Shown here: one piece after another, positions 16,625 to 37,215 of the stretch
Layout: each line of letters starts with the position of its first letter
Numbering within the stretch: position 1 is the first letter of the stretch
Assembly (NCBI RefSeq): GCF_009914755.1
Contig: NC_060927.1
Length of the DNA: 64,000 nucleotides
Direction: 5' to 3' (one strand)
DNA from: the human T2T-CHM13v2.0 reference genome, Homo sapiens
Translations under genes and position numbers: made by a program
The notes under the pieces: generated by a model
Seen by the model: only the letters and a program-made list of their open reading frames with translations
Told to the model about the DNA's origin: nothing
Database searches by the model: none

Positions 16625-17294
16625 CGTAAGCCAAAAATAAAATTCAAAGCCCTCTGACCATATGAATGGATCTCTCCTCTTGGCTAAGGGCATTCCAAAG
16701 TTAACGTGAAAAACTGGTTCAGGCCATAATGGGAAGGAGGAGTTGGACATGGCTCATTATGCTCCCCTACCTTTTGAAATTCAGGACCAGCTGACCAGCA
16801 TTAACATCAACACAGACCTTAAGACTGATAGAACAGCCTCTTTAAGTCTCACAGACTATCCGGTAGTGTGATAATGATGAGAAACATTTGCAGTCTATTC
16901 TCTGAAGCCTGCTACAGGCTCCATCTGCATGATAAAACTTTGGTCTCCACAAGCCCTTATCTTAACTGAGACATCCCTTTCTATTGATTCTAAGTCTTTA
17001 TACAATAACTTAACTCTTTCAACCAATTGCCACTCAGAAAATCTTTGAATCCACCTATGTCCTGAAAGCCTCCTCTTCCAGTTGTCCCACCTTTCCATAC
17101 CGAACCAACGTACATCTTACATGTATTAATTGATGTCTTATGTCTTCCTAAAATGTGTAAAACCAAGTTGTAGCCCGACCACGTTGGGCACATGTTCTCA
17201 GGATCTCCTGGGGCTGTGGCACGGGCCATGGTCACTCATATTTGGCTCAGGATAAATCCCTTCAAATATTTTACAGTTTGACTTTTCGTGGACA
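16625..17294 (+). mobile_element. Solo MER4A/B-type ERV1 LTR
   Basis: Begins (c)gtaagccaaaaataaaattc, ends tttcgtggaCA. TSD ATTC at 16621-16624 and 17295-17298. Confidence 0.85.
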
Positions 17295-17559
17295 ATTCTA
17301 CAAATATTCCTTGGCAGTTAAAGAAATAACTCCCCAGGAGGTGCTAGACATCGGGCGCATGTTAGAGGCACAAAGATGAGAATGTTAAAAGACATAAAAT
17401 ACAGGTCTGCTCTGGGAATGCAAAAACTGGTAAAAGGAGAGATAAAAGAGCAGGTGCAGTCTAGTGAAGTACCCGCTACCTCCTATCAGCAAATATCTGT
17501 CCACCTAGGGTGCAGCGAGCTGGAGAGGAAGGGGTGGCCTAGAGCGCAGGGGAAGGATT

Positions 17560-18260
17560 CCTCCCCAGCCGCCTGCACCCCTACCCCGGTAGCGGTCCCT
17601 GGGATCGTCCGTGTCTCCAGGAGAACCGGACCGCTCTCCCCTCCCTCCCCGAGCGAGAAAGGAGGACCACAGAGATGCGGCGCCCTCCGCCGTCCTAGAG
17701 CAACCGGAGCGGCCCGAGCCCCGGCCTCCCGGATGCTGGGGCCTGGCGGGTGTGGAGCACGGGGAGTCGGGCGTGGGGCGGGCAGGGAGTGGAGTCGGGG
17801 TCTTACTCCGGTGGCTGCAGGGCGCAGGGTAGCCGTGTCAGGCCTGCCCAGGTGCAGAGCGCTCCTCCGCGACCCCAACAGCCTCTGGTCCGGTCTGGCG
17901 CGCCCTCGCTTTCCCAGAGGGCGACCTGGGCTATGGCGGCCGTGGCGCTGGCGAGCGGGACACGCCTCGGCCTTGTCCTCGAGCTGCTCCCGGGACAGCC
18001 CGCGCTGCCCCGGGCGCGCCGGGTGAGTGCGGGGCCGGAGCCTGGAAGCAGTCTTGGCCCTGCCCTGGGTTCTAGGCCCGGAGACGGGGTGGTGCGGCGG
18101 CTGGGAAATGGGGGTACAACCCAGAGTGAGGGGCCTCGAGGGACAGGCAGCACAGCGGAGTCGACACCCCTGGACCTGAGCCTCAAGGAGAGCAGACGTG
18201 CAGCGGCACGGGGTTGAGCCGACTGCTGGGGCAGAGCGCACAGAGTGCTGTCGGGGGCGA
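17560..18260 (+). promoter_or_regulatory. ZNF662: CpG island / promoter of ZNF662
   Basis: High GC and CpG density, GC box GGGGCGGG at 17775-17782. Overlaps the first coding exon. Confidence 0.85.
17933..18022 (+). CDS. ZNF662: ZNF662 coding exon 1 (MAAVALASGTRLGLVLELLPGQPALPRARR)
   Basis: gctATGG start, 30 codons, phase-0 donor CGG|GTGAGT in frame with the KRAB-A exon. Confidence 0.8.
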
Positions 18261-19059
18261 TGAATGGCCAGAATTTCAGAGCTGCCTTTACAGAGCTGGT
18301 TATGTTTGAGCTGGGTATTAGGTTGAAAAGGAATTTGCAATGCAGGAGCAGGAAGGAAGAACTGGATATTCAGGCAAGAGTAGCCGCAGGTGCAAGGACA
18401 CAGAACAGGGTGAGGAAAGAGTTTGGTTTCCCAATGCAATGGTGAGAGGATCGGAGATGAGAGTGGTGGTGGCTGATGATCCTGGCCAGGAAAGCTGGGT
18501 CTGTGAGTAGTGAATGGAATTGTCTGTAGTGCAGAGGAATGTGGACTCTATTAGGCAGACAAAGTTGAGCCAGCCAAAGCCTTGGAGCCCTGGAGTGCTG
18601 GATAAATAGCTGTGGAGACTTTCTAGTGCGCAAGGACTGAAGTGCAGTGGACCAGAATGGGCTCCTCCACAGTGTGGAGACTGAGACCCTGAAGGAGGCA
18701 GTGGCTGAGAATTACGGGAAGTCCCAACGGCTGGAGGTCAGCAGTATTTGTTTCTTAAGAGGATGAGAGAAAGAAGGTGCAGGAGCTGAGACTCCTAGAG
18801 ATATAGAAAATGGGGACATGGAGATTGGGACGTGGGTAAGCAAGTGAGGTGGGATCTTTGTGAGAGTGTTGCGGGTGGTGGGGGTGCAGGGAGTAAAGTC
18901 ACAACGAGGATCTGCCCTGTTGAGTACAGTGTTCAGAGCAACCTGAATGTTCTGAGGAGCCCTAGCTGCCTCTGTGGCTGGTGGCAGTGACTGGGGAGGA
19001 CAAAGGAGGAAGAGTCCTATACAGGGGCAGCAGGGATGGCAGGAATGGGGACGGAAGGC

Positions 19060-19250
19060 AGTGTGGCATAACAGGCAAGAGCCAGAGTCAAACAGGCCTG
19101 GGTTCTGTCTCAGTTCTGGAACTTTGGGGGAAGTTAATCCCTCCGAGTCTCAGTTTCCTCTTCTAAAAAACGGATCTGATAGTAGGCTATGAGACATAAC
19201 AAAGAATATATGTCAAGTGCTTGGCACAGGCTTAATAAATGATAGTTGTT
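19060..19250 (+). mobile_element. MIR SINE
   Basis: MIR core ctccgagtctcagtttcctcttctaaaa ... aagtgcttggcacagg. Confidence 0.7.
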
Positions 19251-19419
19251 ATCAAGGGTGGGTGACCTCTGAAGGAGGACACATTGTGGAGAGAGGATGG
19301 GACCTAGAGCACAGATGTGGTTTGGGGTATAAGGATGAAACAAGAAAACTTTTGCAGACTCATGAAAAAGAGGAGAAAATGTTTGCTGAAATAAAGATGA
19401 AGAGACATGAGAAAATTGA

Positions 19420-19809
<390 letters not shown>

Positions 19810-20373
19810 TGATAACCCTCAGCTCAATGGCAGCTTCAGGCTCTTGGATTTTTAATGACCTAACCTCAGCAGCCGTTGGAAAGTAGGAAGTCCTGGTATC
19901 AGTTTGGGCCTTATACAGGACTTCCTTGCTCCAGAGTGAGAGGTGCCAAACCCCTACCCTTGTGTTGTGGGTATAGTGAGAAGAGAGCAAATTCATGGTG
20001 CTCCACTGAGCCTTCAGTTCCCTCCCCTCTCGGTTTGCAAGATCCAGCCTAATTCCAAGCATCCTCATGAGGATGTCTGAACTTGAGAGCTCTAAGAGGG
20101 AGAGGACAGGTAAGAATTGAGGACTCAATTCCTCAATGAGTGAAATCATCCATTTGCTGACTCAAACAGTTACTGAGTCGTCTGTCAACTTCCTGACCTT
20201 TGTAAGTCTCCTGGCCCCTCTCTTGTCCTTTCCCCTGGAATTCCTTTTCTTGTTCTTCCTAGTTATTTCCGTTTTTTTCCCCTCCTACCCCTGAAGACAC
20301 TGGCCTGGGAGGAGCCTTGGGATTACTGTGTGCCATGCCACTCACCTGCCTGTCCCATTTCTTTCCTTTTAAG

Positions 20374-20490
20374 CAGCATTTCCATTTCCCAAACCGGCTC
20401 TGATTTCCCAGCTGGAGCGAGGGGAAACACCCTGGTGCTCGGTTCCTCGGGGAGCTCTGGATGGAGAGGCCCCAAGGGGCATCTCCTCAG
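20374..20490 (+). CDS. ZNF662: ZNF662 KRAB-B exon
   Basis: NAGNAG acceptor (start 20374 or 20377), AFPFPKPALISQLERGETPW...GISS, donor CAG|GTGAGT, phase 1-1. Confidence 0.92.
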
Positions 20491-20636
20491 GTGAGTGAGG
20501 GCACACGTGCCGGTCATCTGACCAGTTTTCTTGTCATGATCTTTAAAATGTCATAGATAGGTGTTTTTTTAATCTAGTGTTGTAGACACTAGTGGGATTG
20601 CATTTCTTCTCTGTGTTCCCATAGTTTTATGTCTTC

Positions 20637-21962
20637 TTTTTTTAAAAAAATTTTTTTTAGTATTTATTGATTATTCTTGGGTGTTTCTCAGAGAGGGGGA
20701 TTTGGCAGGGTCATAGGACAATAGTGGAGGGAAGGTCAGCAGATAAACATGTGAACAAAGGTCTCTGGTTTTCCTAGGCAGAGGGCCCTGCCGCCTTCCG
20801 TAGTGTTTGTGTCCCTGGGTACTTGAGATTAGGGAGTGGTGATGACTCTTAACGAGCATGCTTCCTTCAAGCATCTGTTTAACAAAGCACATCTTGCACC
20901 GCCCTTAATCCATTTAACCGTTAGTGGACACAGCACATGTTTCAGAGAGCACGGGGTTGGGGGTAAGGTTATAGATTAACAGCATCCCAAGGCAGAAGAA
21001 TTTTTCTTAGTACAGAACAAAATGGAGTCTCCTATGTCTACTTCTTTCTACACAGACACAGTAACAATCTGATCTCTCTTTCTTTTCCCCACATTTCCCC
21101 CTTTTCTATTCGACAAAACCGCCATCGTCATCATGGCCCGTTCTCAATGAGCTGTTGGGTACACCTCCCAGACGGGGTGGCGGCCTAGCAGAGGGGCTCC
21201 TCACTTCCCAGATGGGGCGGCCGGGCAGAGGTGCCCCCCCACCTCCCAGACGGGGCAGCGGCTGGGCGGGGGCTGCCCCCCACCTCCCGGAGGGGGCGGC
21301 TGGCCGGGCGGAGGAGCTCCTCACATCTCAGACGGGGCGGCCAGTCAGAGACGCTCCTCACCTCCCAGATGGCGTGGCGGCGGGGCAGAGACACTCCTCA
21401 GTTCCCAGACGGGGTCGCGGCCAGGCAGAGGCGCTCTTCACATCTCAGATGGGGCGGCGGGGCAGAGGCGCTCCCCACATCCCAGAGGATGGGCGGCCGG
21501 GCAGAGACGCTCCTCACTTCCTAGACGGGGTGGCGGCCGGGCAGACGCTGCAATCTCGGCACTTTGGGAGGCCAAGGAAGGTGGCTGGGAGGTGGAGGTT
21601 GTAGCGAGCCGAGATCACGCCACTGCACTCCAGCCTGGGCAACATTGAGCACTGAGTGATCGAGACTCTGTCTGCAATCCTGGCACCTCGGGAGGCCAAG
21701 GCTGGCAGATCACTCGCAGTCAGGAGCTGGAGACCAGCCCGGCCAACACGGCCAAACCCCGTCTCCACCAAAAAATACGAAAACCAGTCAGGCGTGGCGG
21801 CGCCCGCCTGCAATCCCAGGCACTCGGCAGGCTGAGGCAGGAAAATCAGGCAGGGAGGTTGCAGTGAGTCAAGATGGCGGCAGTACAGTCCAGCCTCGGC
21901 TGGGCTTTAGAGGGAGACCGTGCAAAGAGGGAGAGGGGGAGGGGGAAGGGGAGAGGGAGAGC
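20637..21962 (-). mobile_element. SVA retrotransposon (older SVA_A/B-like), antisense in a ZNF662 intron
   Basis: Poly(T), SINE-R, GC-rich VNTR (~21160-21550), Alu-like part and CCCTCT hexamers (~21925-21962). TSD ttttat(g/a)tcttctt at 20625-20638 and 21963-21976. Confidence 0.95.
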
Positions 21963-22415
21963 TTTTATATCTTCTTGAGTTCTTGTTTTATTCATCCTGG
22001 CTCCTCTGTGTGCCATCTTCATTAACCTGTTTTGCCTCTTCCCCATCGCTGATATTATGGCTACCATGTATCTTTGCCCCATGAGTTTCCTGTTTACTCT
22101 GATCTTGGGTGCCCTTTCTACTTCCTGGCCTGTTTACAGTCTTCCAGCTTGGGATATAATGGCCATCTTTATCATTAGAAACCAAGAACTCTCAACCCTC
22201 AGCCAGATAGTTCCTATTCCTCAGGGGAAAACCCTGGGATTACTTTAGGCCCAACAGGACTTTCTTACTCTTAGTTTCCTAGTGATAACTGTGTTTCCTG
22301 GTTGCCTCCTTGGCCCCATTTCATCTTCCCATAGGGCTCTTATGTGGGCGCAGTGTGACTTGAGCTGTGCTCCAAATTTCCTCATTCTCACAGTTCCTTG
22401 TTCTGTCTTTTCATA

Positions 22416-22900
22416 TTAGAATACTCTTGATTGCAGGTATTAAAACCCAATTCAAACTGGCTTAAACAAAAATAATTTGTTGTTTCATGTAACTGGGAAG
22501 TCTGAGGTAGAGTGGGCTGCAGGTATAGTTTGATCAGAATTACATTCTCTGCTCTGTCTCCGTATGTGTTGGCTTTGTCTACAGTCTGGCTCCCCTTTTG
22601 GTTGTAAGGTGATTGGTGGTAGTAACAGGACTCTGCTGCTTCATACCTAGGTGAAGAAACCTGGCAGGCCTTCCTTAGGCTTTAAACATTGTGAATCAAA
22701 GTGCCAAGTATACTCTAATGGACTACCTTAAGTCATATGCCAGCTCTAAATCAATCCTGTGGCAAGGTAACTACTGTGCACTGATTGACTTGGTCTGAAT
22801 TGCCAATCTCTGAATCAGTCTCTCATGTAGTGAGTGGGATGGGATTAACCTGCTTAGCTTAGCCAAGTCAGAGCCTACCCTAGGAAGTGGAGTTGGGATA
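22416..22900 (-). mobile_element. Old MaLR (MLT1) LTR
   Basis: Degenerate MLT1 motifs (ttgcaggtattaaaacccaattcaaactggcttaaacaa). Edges approximate. Confidence 0.55.
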
Positions 22901-23722
22901 CCCAACTCCCCACTCCAGCCCCCTACAAAGGGCATAGCTACTTTACAGTGGGGAGTAGTGGAAGGGGTATGGGGAGACCACCACAGCGTCTTCTGCATTC
23001 TTAGTGCTTCCTCTCCTCACCACCTAAGGGAATTTCTCATCTTTGCTTTTCTTTGCTTTAGGTAGAAAACCAACAGCTAAGTTACTCCTTGAGCAAAATT
23101 CTAACTCTCTGACGTGCAGCTGACTTCCTTGGCACATACATGTCCCTACTCAAAGTCCACTTTTGTCTTACAGAAGTTAGTACTCAGAGGATACATAGTC
23201 CCTGGATTTGGCAACAGAAAAGGTTGTCATTTGAAGGTGTAGAATTGATCTGTTTCTTAGGAGGTTTTGGATGAAGGTTACAAAGAGACAGTTCTAGCGA
23301 AAGCAGAAGTAAGGTGTATTACAGTAGATCTCTGTGAACAGAGGTGTCTGTTATTGAGTAAGAAGTGACTTTTGGAAATGGCTGAGTGAGGGTGTGAGTC
23401 CATTTCTTATGGATGCCATAGAGAGACCCCATCCATTGAATCTTTGTGGAATGGAAAGCAATAAATGGATAGGAAGGAAACTAGGAGATTACGGTTTCCC
23501 AGAATAGCCTGGCTAGACAGGAAGTCCTCATGAATAACTATTTGCAATTCCATCCTATCCTGATTCTATTCTATGTGAATTTGATTTCACCTCCTAGGGA
23601 TAGGTGAAGAAGAGGCCTTCATCTTTTCTATTTCTTCTTGACGTTTTAAAGTGAGTGATATGTTTCATATCTTTGGGAACTGATGGAATTACAACTTCTC
23701 TGTTCCAGTATTTTCTATCCTT

Positions 23723-24813
<1,091 letters not shown>

Positions 24814-24847
24814 TGAGTCAGCCTTATTTGTATCTTGACCCTGGCAG

Positions 24848-24949
24848 GATATCCATTTCTAAAGCCTGCTGGGATTTCCCATCCTGAGCAGGTGGAAGAG
24901 CCATTAAACCTGAAACTGCAAGGAGAGGGTCCAAGCCTGATTTGTCCGG
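24848..24949 (+). CDS. ZNF662: ZNF662 in-frame cassette exon, KRAB-B-like
   Basis: ctggcAG|GA ... CCG G|GTAAGT, 102 bp, phase 1-1, GYPFLKPAGISHPEQVEEPLNLKLQGEGPSLICP. Matches my recollection of a ZNF662 isoform. Confidence 0.8.
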
Positions 24950-25973
24950 GTAAGTGAGAGGGAAATGAGCATTCTTCTCTCAGTCACATCTTTTCCTATC
25001 TTTCTTTTATAAGATGTAAAAGTCCATTTTGCCATTCATGTTCTAAACAAATATGGGGACCAGATCTTTAAATCAACCAATTAAGAGAAAACTTAAACCC
25101 TAAGCTTCCAACTTTCATTAGGACAAGCTCAATTAATTAAATTAATTAAATTAGGATGGGTCTTTTGCGTTAGACTTAAACTGAACAGATGGCCTGCCCC
25201 ATCTAGCTGCTATGATCACCCAATATTTTTAATGTAGATGCTGTATTTTACTCATTGTGTTAGTTGTTAGAGATAAAAAAAATCAAGTCATATATGGCCC
25301 TTATCCTGGAAGGACTCACAGTCTCATGGGACATGATACATAAATGTATAATTACAGAAAAATGATGAAACTGTAACAGAATGTGAATAAGACACTATGA
25401 GAACAAAGAGGAGGGAGTCTTTTCCGAGTTCTGCCTGGAGTAGTTTGAGAAAGCACTTCCCATGGTTTCATGGTGAACTTGGTGATTGGATTGAAAGAGA
25501 AGACTATACTTCCTTTTAGTGTTGAAAAGTATGAGGAAGCTCATTCTTGCTACTGTCTGCTGCATGTGACAAGCCCAGGTTCTCAGGTATACCACTAAGG
25601 ATTCCTTATTTCTGAACAGGTCCTCTGCCCTAAGTCCTGGCCTGTTCTTCTCATGGTATAAACTGTACTCAGCTACCTAGGAGGAATTCTGACTTTGTTT
25701 TCCTTAGATTCAATTCACCTGTTTTCTGAGAGCCTACCCTGGTCCTTGGTTTTGTGCCAGGAATCATAGCCCGCAGGGATTCTATCTAGTTGCTGTCTTT
25801 ACTTTTGGTTTCTTTCTGTGTATTAGCCTTGTTTTTGCCATTTTCAGCTGGGACAGGGCCACTGAGACATGGGTGGCACTTGGAGAGAAGTGGACGTATT
25901 AATACCACTTGGTGACCTTAGTCGCTGTGTCATGGATAATGATGACATTTGAAGCTCCAATTTCTTTTTTCAG

Positions 25974-27001
25974 AGGGTGTGTTGAAGAGGAAGAAAGAAG
26001 ATTTTATTCTGAAGGAGGAAATTATTGAGGAAGCACAGGACCTCATGGTCCTATCAAGTGGACCCCAGTGGTGTGGATCCCAGGAATTATGGTTTGGGAA
26101 AACCTGTGAAGAGAAAAGCAGGTTAGGGAGATGGCCTGGTTACCTCAATGGGGGACGTATGGAAAGTTCTACAAATGATATTATAGAAGTGATTGTCAAG
26201 GATGAGATGATCTCAGTAGAAGAGAGTTCAGGGAATACTGATGTCAATAACCTCCTTGGTATACATCACAAAATTCTAAATGAGCAAATATTCTATATAT
26301 GTGAGGAATGCGGCAAGTGTTTTGATCAAAATGAGGACTTTGATCAACACCAGAAAACTCATAATGGAGAGAAGGTCTATGGATGTAAGGAATGTGGGAA
26401 GGCTTTCAGTTTTCGATCACATTGCATCGCACATCAGAGAATTCACAGTGGGGTGAAACCCTATGAATGTCAAGAATGTGCTAAGGCCTTTGTTTGGAAG
26501 TCAAACCTGATTCGTCACCAGAGAATACATACTGGAGAGAAACCCTTTGAATGTAAGGAATGTGGGAAGGGCTTTAGTCAGAACACAAGCCTTACGCAAC
26601 ATCAACGGATCCACACTGGTGAGAAACCATACACATGTAAGGAATGTGGGAAAAGCTTTACTCGAAACCCAGCCCTTCTTCGACATCAGAGAATGCACAC
26701 TGGGGAGAAGCCTTACGAATGTAAGGACTGTGGGAAGGGCTTCATGTGGAACTCAGATCTTTCTCAGCACCAGAGGGTCCACACTGGGGACAAGCCTCAT
26801 GAATGTACTGACTGTGGGAAAAGCTTCTTTTGCAAGGCACATCTTATTCGACATCAAAGAATCCATACTGGGGAAAGACCCTATAAATGTAATGACTGTG
26901 GGAAGGCCTTCAGTCAGAATTCTGTCTTAATTAAGCACCAGAGGCGCCATGCTAGAGACAAACCCTATAACTGTCAGATCTCTCACCTTCTTGAACATTA
27001 G
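25974..27001 (+). CDS. ZNF662: ZNF662 last coding exon: linker plus 8 C2H2 zinc fingers
   Basis: Acceptor tttttcAG|[18 protein letters not shown]..., eight CxxC-x12-HxxxH fingers mostly with TGEKP-type linkers, TAG at 26999-27001. Confidence 0.95.
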
Positions 27002-27976
27002 AGAGTGCATAATGGTGATACTTGTTTATAATTCTTATGCTGCAGGAACCCTAGAGACAAAATGAGATGACCATTCACAATTTGCTGTAACCCTTAACTT
27101 AAATAGCCAGTATTATCTTGCCCTTTTGAACATTTACCGTGTACTCTAGCAAGACTGGTCCCTCTGTTCTATGATGTTTTAACAAGGCATCATTTAGTTG
27201 GGCAGCTACTCTGTATCAGGTGCTAACCACTTTACATACATTAATTTGCATAACAATCCTATTAAGGTAGGTGCTCTTCTCCCCATTTTACAAATGAGAA
27301 ATCTGAGTTGAAAGAGGTTATAAAACTCATTCAGGGTTGCTCAGTTAGTAAGTTATAGAGTTGAAATTGGAGCCAGGCCTATCTGACTGCAGAGTTTACT
27401 GTTCTTTACTTAATTGTACATATTTATGTCTCTGCCCATTTTTATTTGCTTATTTTCCTGTGCTTTTAGTTTCCCTTCATCACTCAGATCTAGCTCCTTC
27501 AACTAAGAAGATCTCTCTTCCTCTTCTACTTGTAATCAGTACCACCCAAGTTAGTATTTAATTATGTGCCATCTTATATTTTTCTAATAGTCTCATGTCT
27601 TTTAATCTTAACCCCAGCTAAATGACTCTGAGGACCAACAGTACATTTCTTTTATGTTTTTCAAATCCTGAAACATTAATCTTTGACTAGATATAACATG
27701 CTCATGATAAAAAAGAATTGAAATAGTTGAAAAGGGTGTTCAGTGAAAAGTAAATTTCCTTGTCATTCCTATCTCTTGAGTTCTCCCCAGAGGCAATCAC
27801 TGCTACTGGTTGTGTATCTCTGTAGATACTCTTTGTATACAAGTGTTTATTAGTATTGCTTTTCATAATTCTGTCTCACTGAAAACCTTATTTGATGGAA
27901 GCAACATTGCAGTTAAATTGTGAACTCTAAGACCTTTTCTTCAGAAGTTGCTTTCCTTTTGAGGCCACCAAAGTAA

Positions 27977-28310
<334 letters not shown>

Positions 28311-28759
28311 AATCCAGGTCTTAAGAGACCTCATTGCCTTTGTTTTATGAGATATCATTCTGGGATTGGGAATATGTAAACTCAACTGGAGATTTTTTTT
28401 CATAAAAATTTATATAGTTCCAGCCCTCTCATTGCTTCCTATCCTAAATCCTCTTCCAGTCTGTCCATCCCTCACTACCATGATAGTCTACATTCTGATA
28501 AGCTGTGAGGCCACTGCCAAGGGAGGGAGAAATGGTCACTTTCTGGTGGTGGTTAATGCTTTGTTAGATAGCTTCATCCAGTCAATAGTTGAAAAGTTTT
28601 CACATAATCCAGTATTGGCATCAGAGCCAGAAATGCCCTCCCTAGGTCCAGGACCAAAGATAAAACAAACACGAGGAACATGTAGCGTCTACACAGGAAA
28701 GTAAAGAATTATAGAATTAACTAATTCTACTTGAAATCAGGAGTTTTATAAAACAACAT

Positions 28760-29335
28760 TTTTAGACGTGGTCATCTTTTATTGGTTTCCATCATCTCTT
28801 CCCCTTCTCTCTGGGAACAGTTACCCGGGTATTCTTTGGGAAGCTATCCTTTCTCAGCTATGTGGTTTGGCACCACCACCATCTTCATGAGTGGACCCTG
28901 TTTGGCTTGTGTCAATCAGTTTATCCCATCCCCTTGGCCACAGAGCCATTGTGATATGAGGAGATACTGGCTCTTCTGGAAAAGAGAGGCTTTTCTTCAT
29001 CGAGAGCTACCAGAGGAGATATTATCTGTCCTCTGTGTGGCACATAGGAAAATGTGAGACCTAGAATTATAGCAACTTTTTTTTTCTGTTAAAAGGGGAG
29101 ATTCTCAAGCTTCCAGGTGCTACCATATGGAGCCTAAGGATAAAGCCAATACCAAAGAAAACAGTGACTAAACAGAGAGAAACTAGGTCCTTGGTGACAT
29201 CTTTTGAGCCACTAGACCAAGCTTTACCTGAAGCAGAGCTACCTCAGAACTTTTCAGCTATGTGAGCCAATAAACATCTGTCAAACGAGTTAGAGTTGAG
29301 TTTTCTGTTATTTGCAACTTAGCCACACTAATACT
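28760..29335 (+). mobile_element. Old MaLR (MLT1) LTR carrying AATAAA at 29269-29274
   Basis: 3' end tgtgagccaataaa...ttttctgttatttgcaac...ctaataca is typical of MLT1. Confidence 0.65.
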
Positions 29336-29471
29336 GTTTTGTGTTTGAAATCACTGTTTTCTCATACAGCTCCTCAGTGTCACCTTTTCCTCTTGCTCAG
29401 TAGTCTCATAAGCTTCTCAGTTTTATCTCATCTCAGTTGCTTGGAAGTTGAGCATCTAAATAGGTGGCTTT

Positions 29472-29783
<312 letters not shown>

Positions 29784-29837
29784 TCATGACCTAAGGTTAA
29801 TTTCATGCATACTACTAAGTGATGCTTTAAGTCATAC

Positions 29838-36690
<6,853 letters not shown>

Positions 36691-36911
36691 TCAGAAGATG
36701 TCTCCATTTCCAGAGGATCGTGTTCATCCTGCAACCATTCCAGTGTGACAATGAGTAGGAACAGCGTCACTGGAGCTGCAGAAGTGGAGAGGAGGGCCAT
36801 TTCACTATTATACCCTGCTTTTCCACTTGACCCTAGTTTGGGGCCTAGGGCTTGTGGTTTGCTGGTCCCAACCTTCCACTCTTCTGATGCTTCTCTTGGA
36901 AACTTTAATTC

Positions 36912-37215
36912 TGTGAGAGACAGGAAAAACCAAAGTGTTTTTCCCAGTCTCATACCACTTAACACAACACTTCACCTCTGATCACCAAAATATGTAGGGG
37001 TTTCACTCCACCAACAACCAGTTTTCCAGCAAACACCAACTAGATGTCCTATGATTTGATTCAATTCAACACTACCTAGAGTAGGGTTAGTTCCCACATA
37101 TTAACTCCCTCACGACTGCCTCCCACTTCAAGTGCCAATCACAAGTAGTAGGTTGTCACTTATTCTTCTGAAAAACTGGCTATAAATTGGGGTTCACATG
37201 ACCCCCTTCTTGGAT
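36912..37215 (-). mobile_element. MER21-like LTR fragment
   Basis: acaacacttc...tgatcaccaaaatatgtaggggttt and caccaactagatgtcct motifs. Confidence 0.6.

Noticed and set aside
17376-18439. Long ORFs of 216, 317 and 155 aa on both strands
   Set aside because: Stop-poor GC-rich CpG island. Only 17933-18022 has splice and frame support.
21106-22082. ORFs of 70-150 aa
   Set aside because: Translations of the SVA VNTR and Alu-like region.
26501-26930. Alternative-frame and antisense ORFs over the zinc fingers
   Set aside because: Typical shadow frames of repetitive C2H2 arrays.
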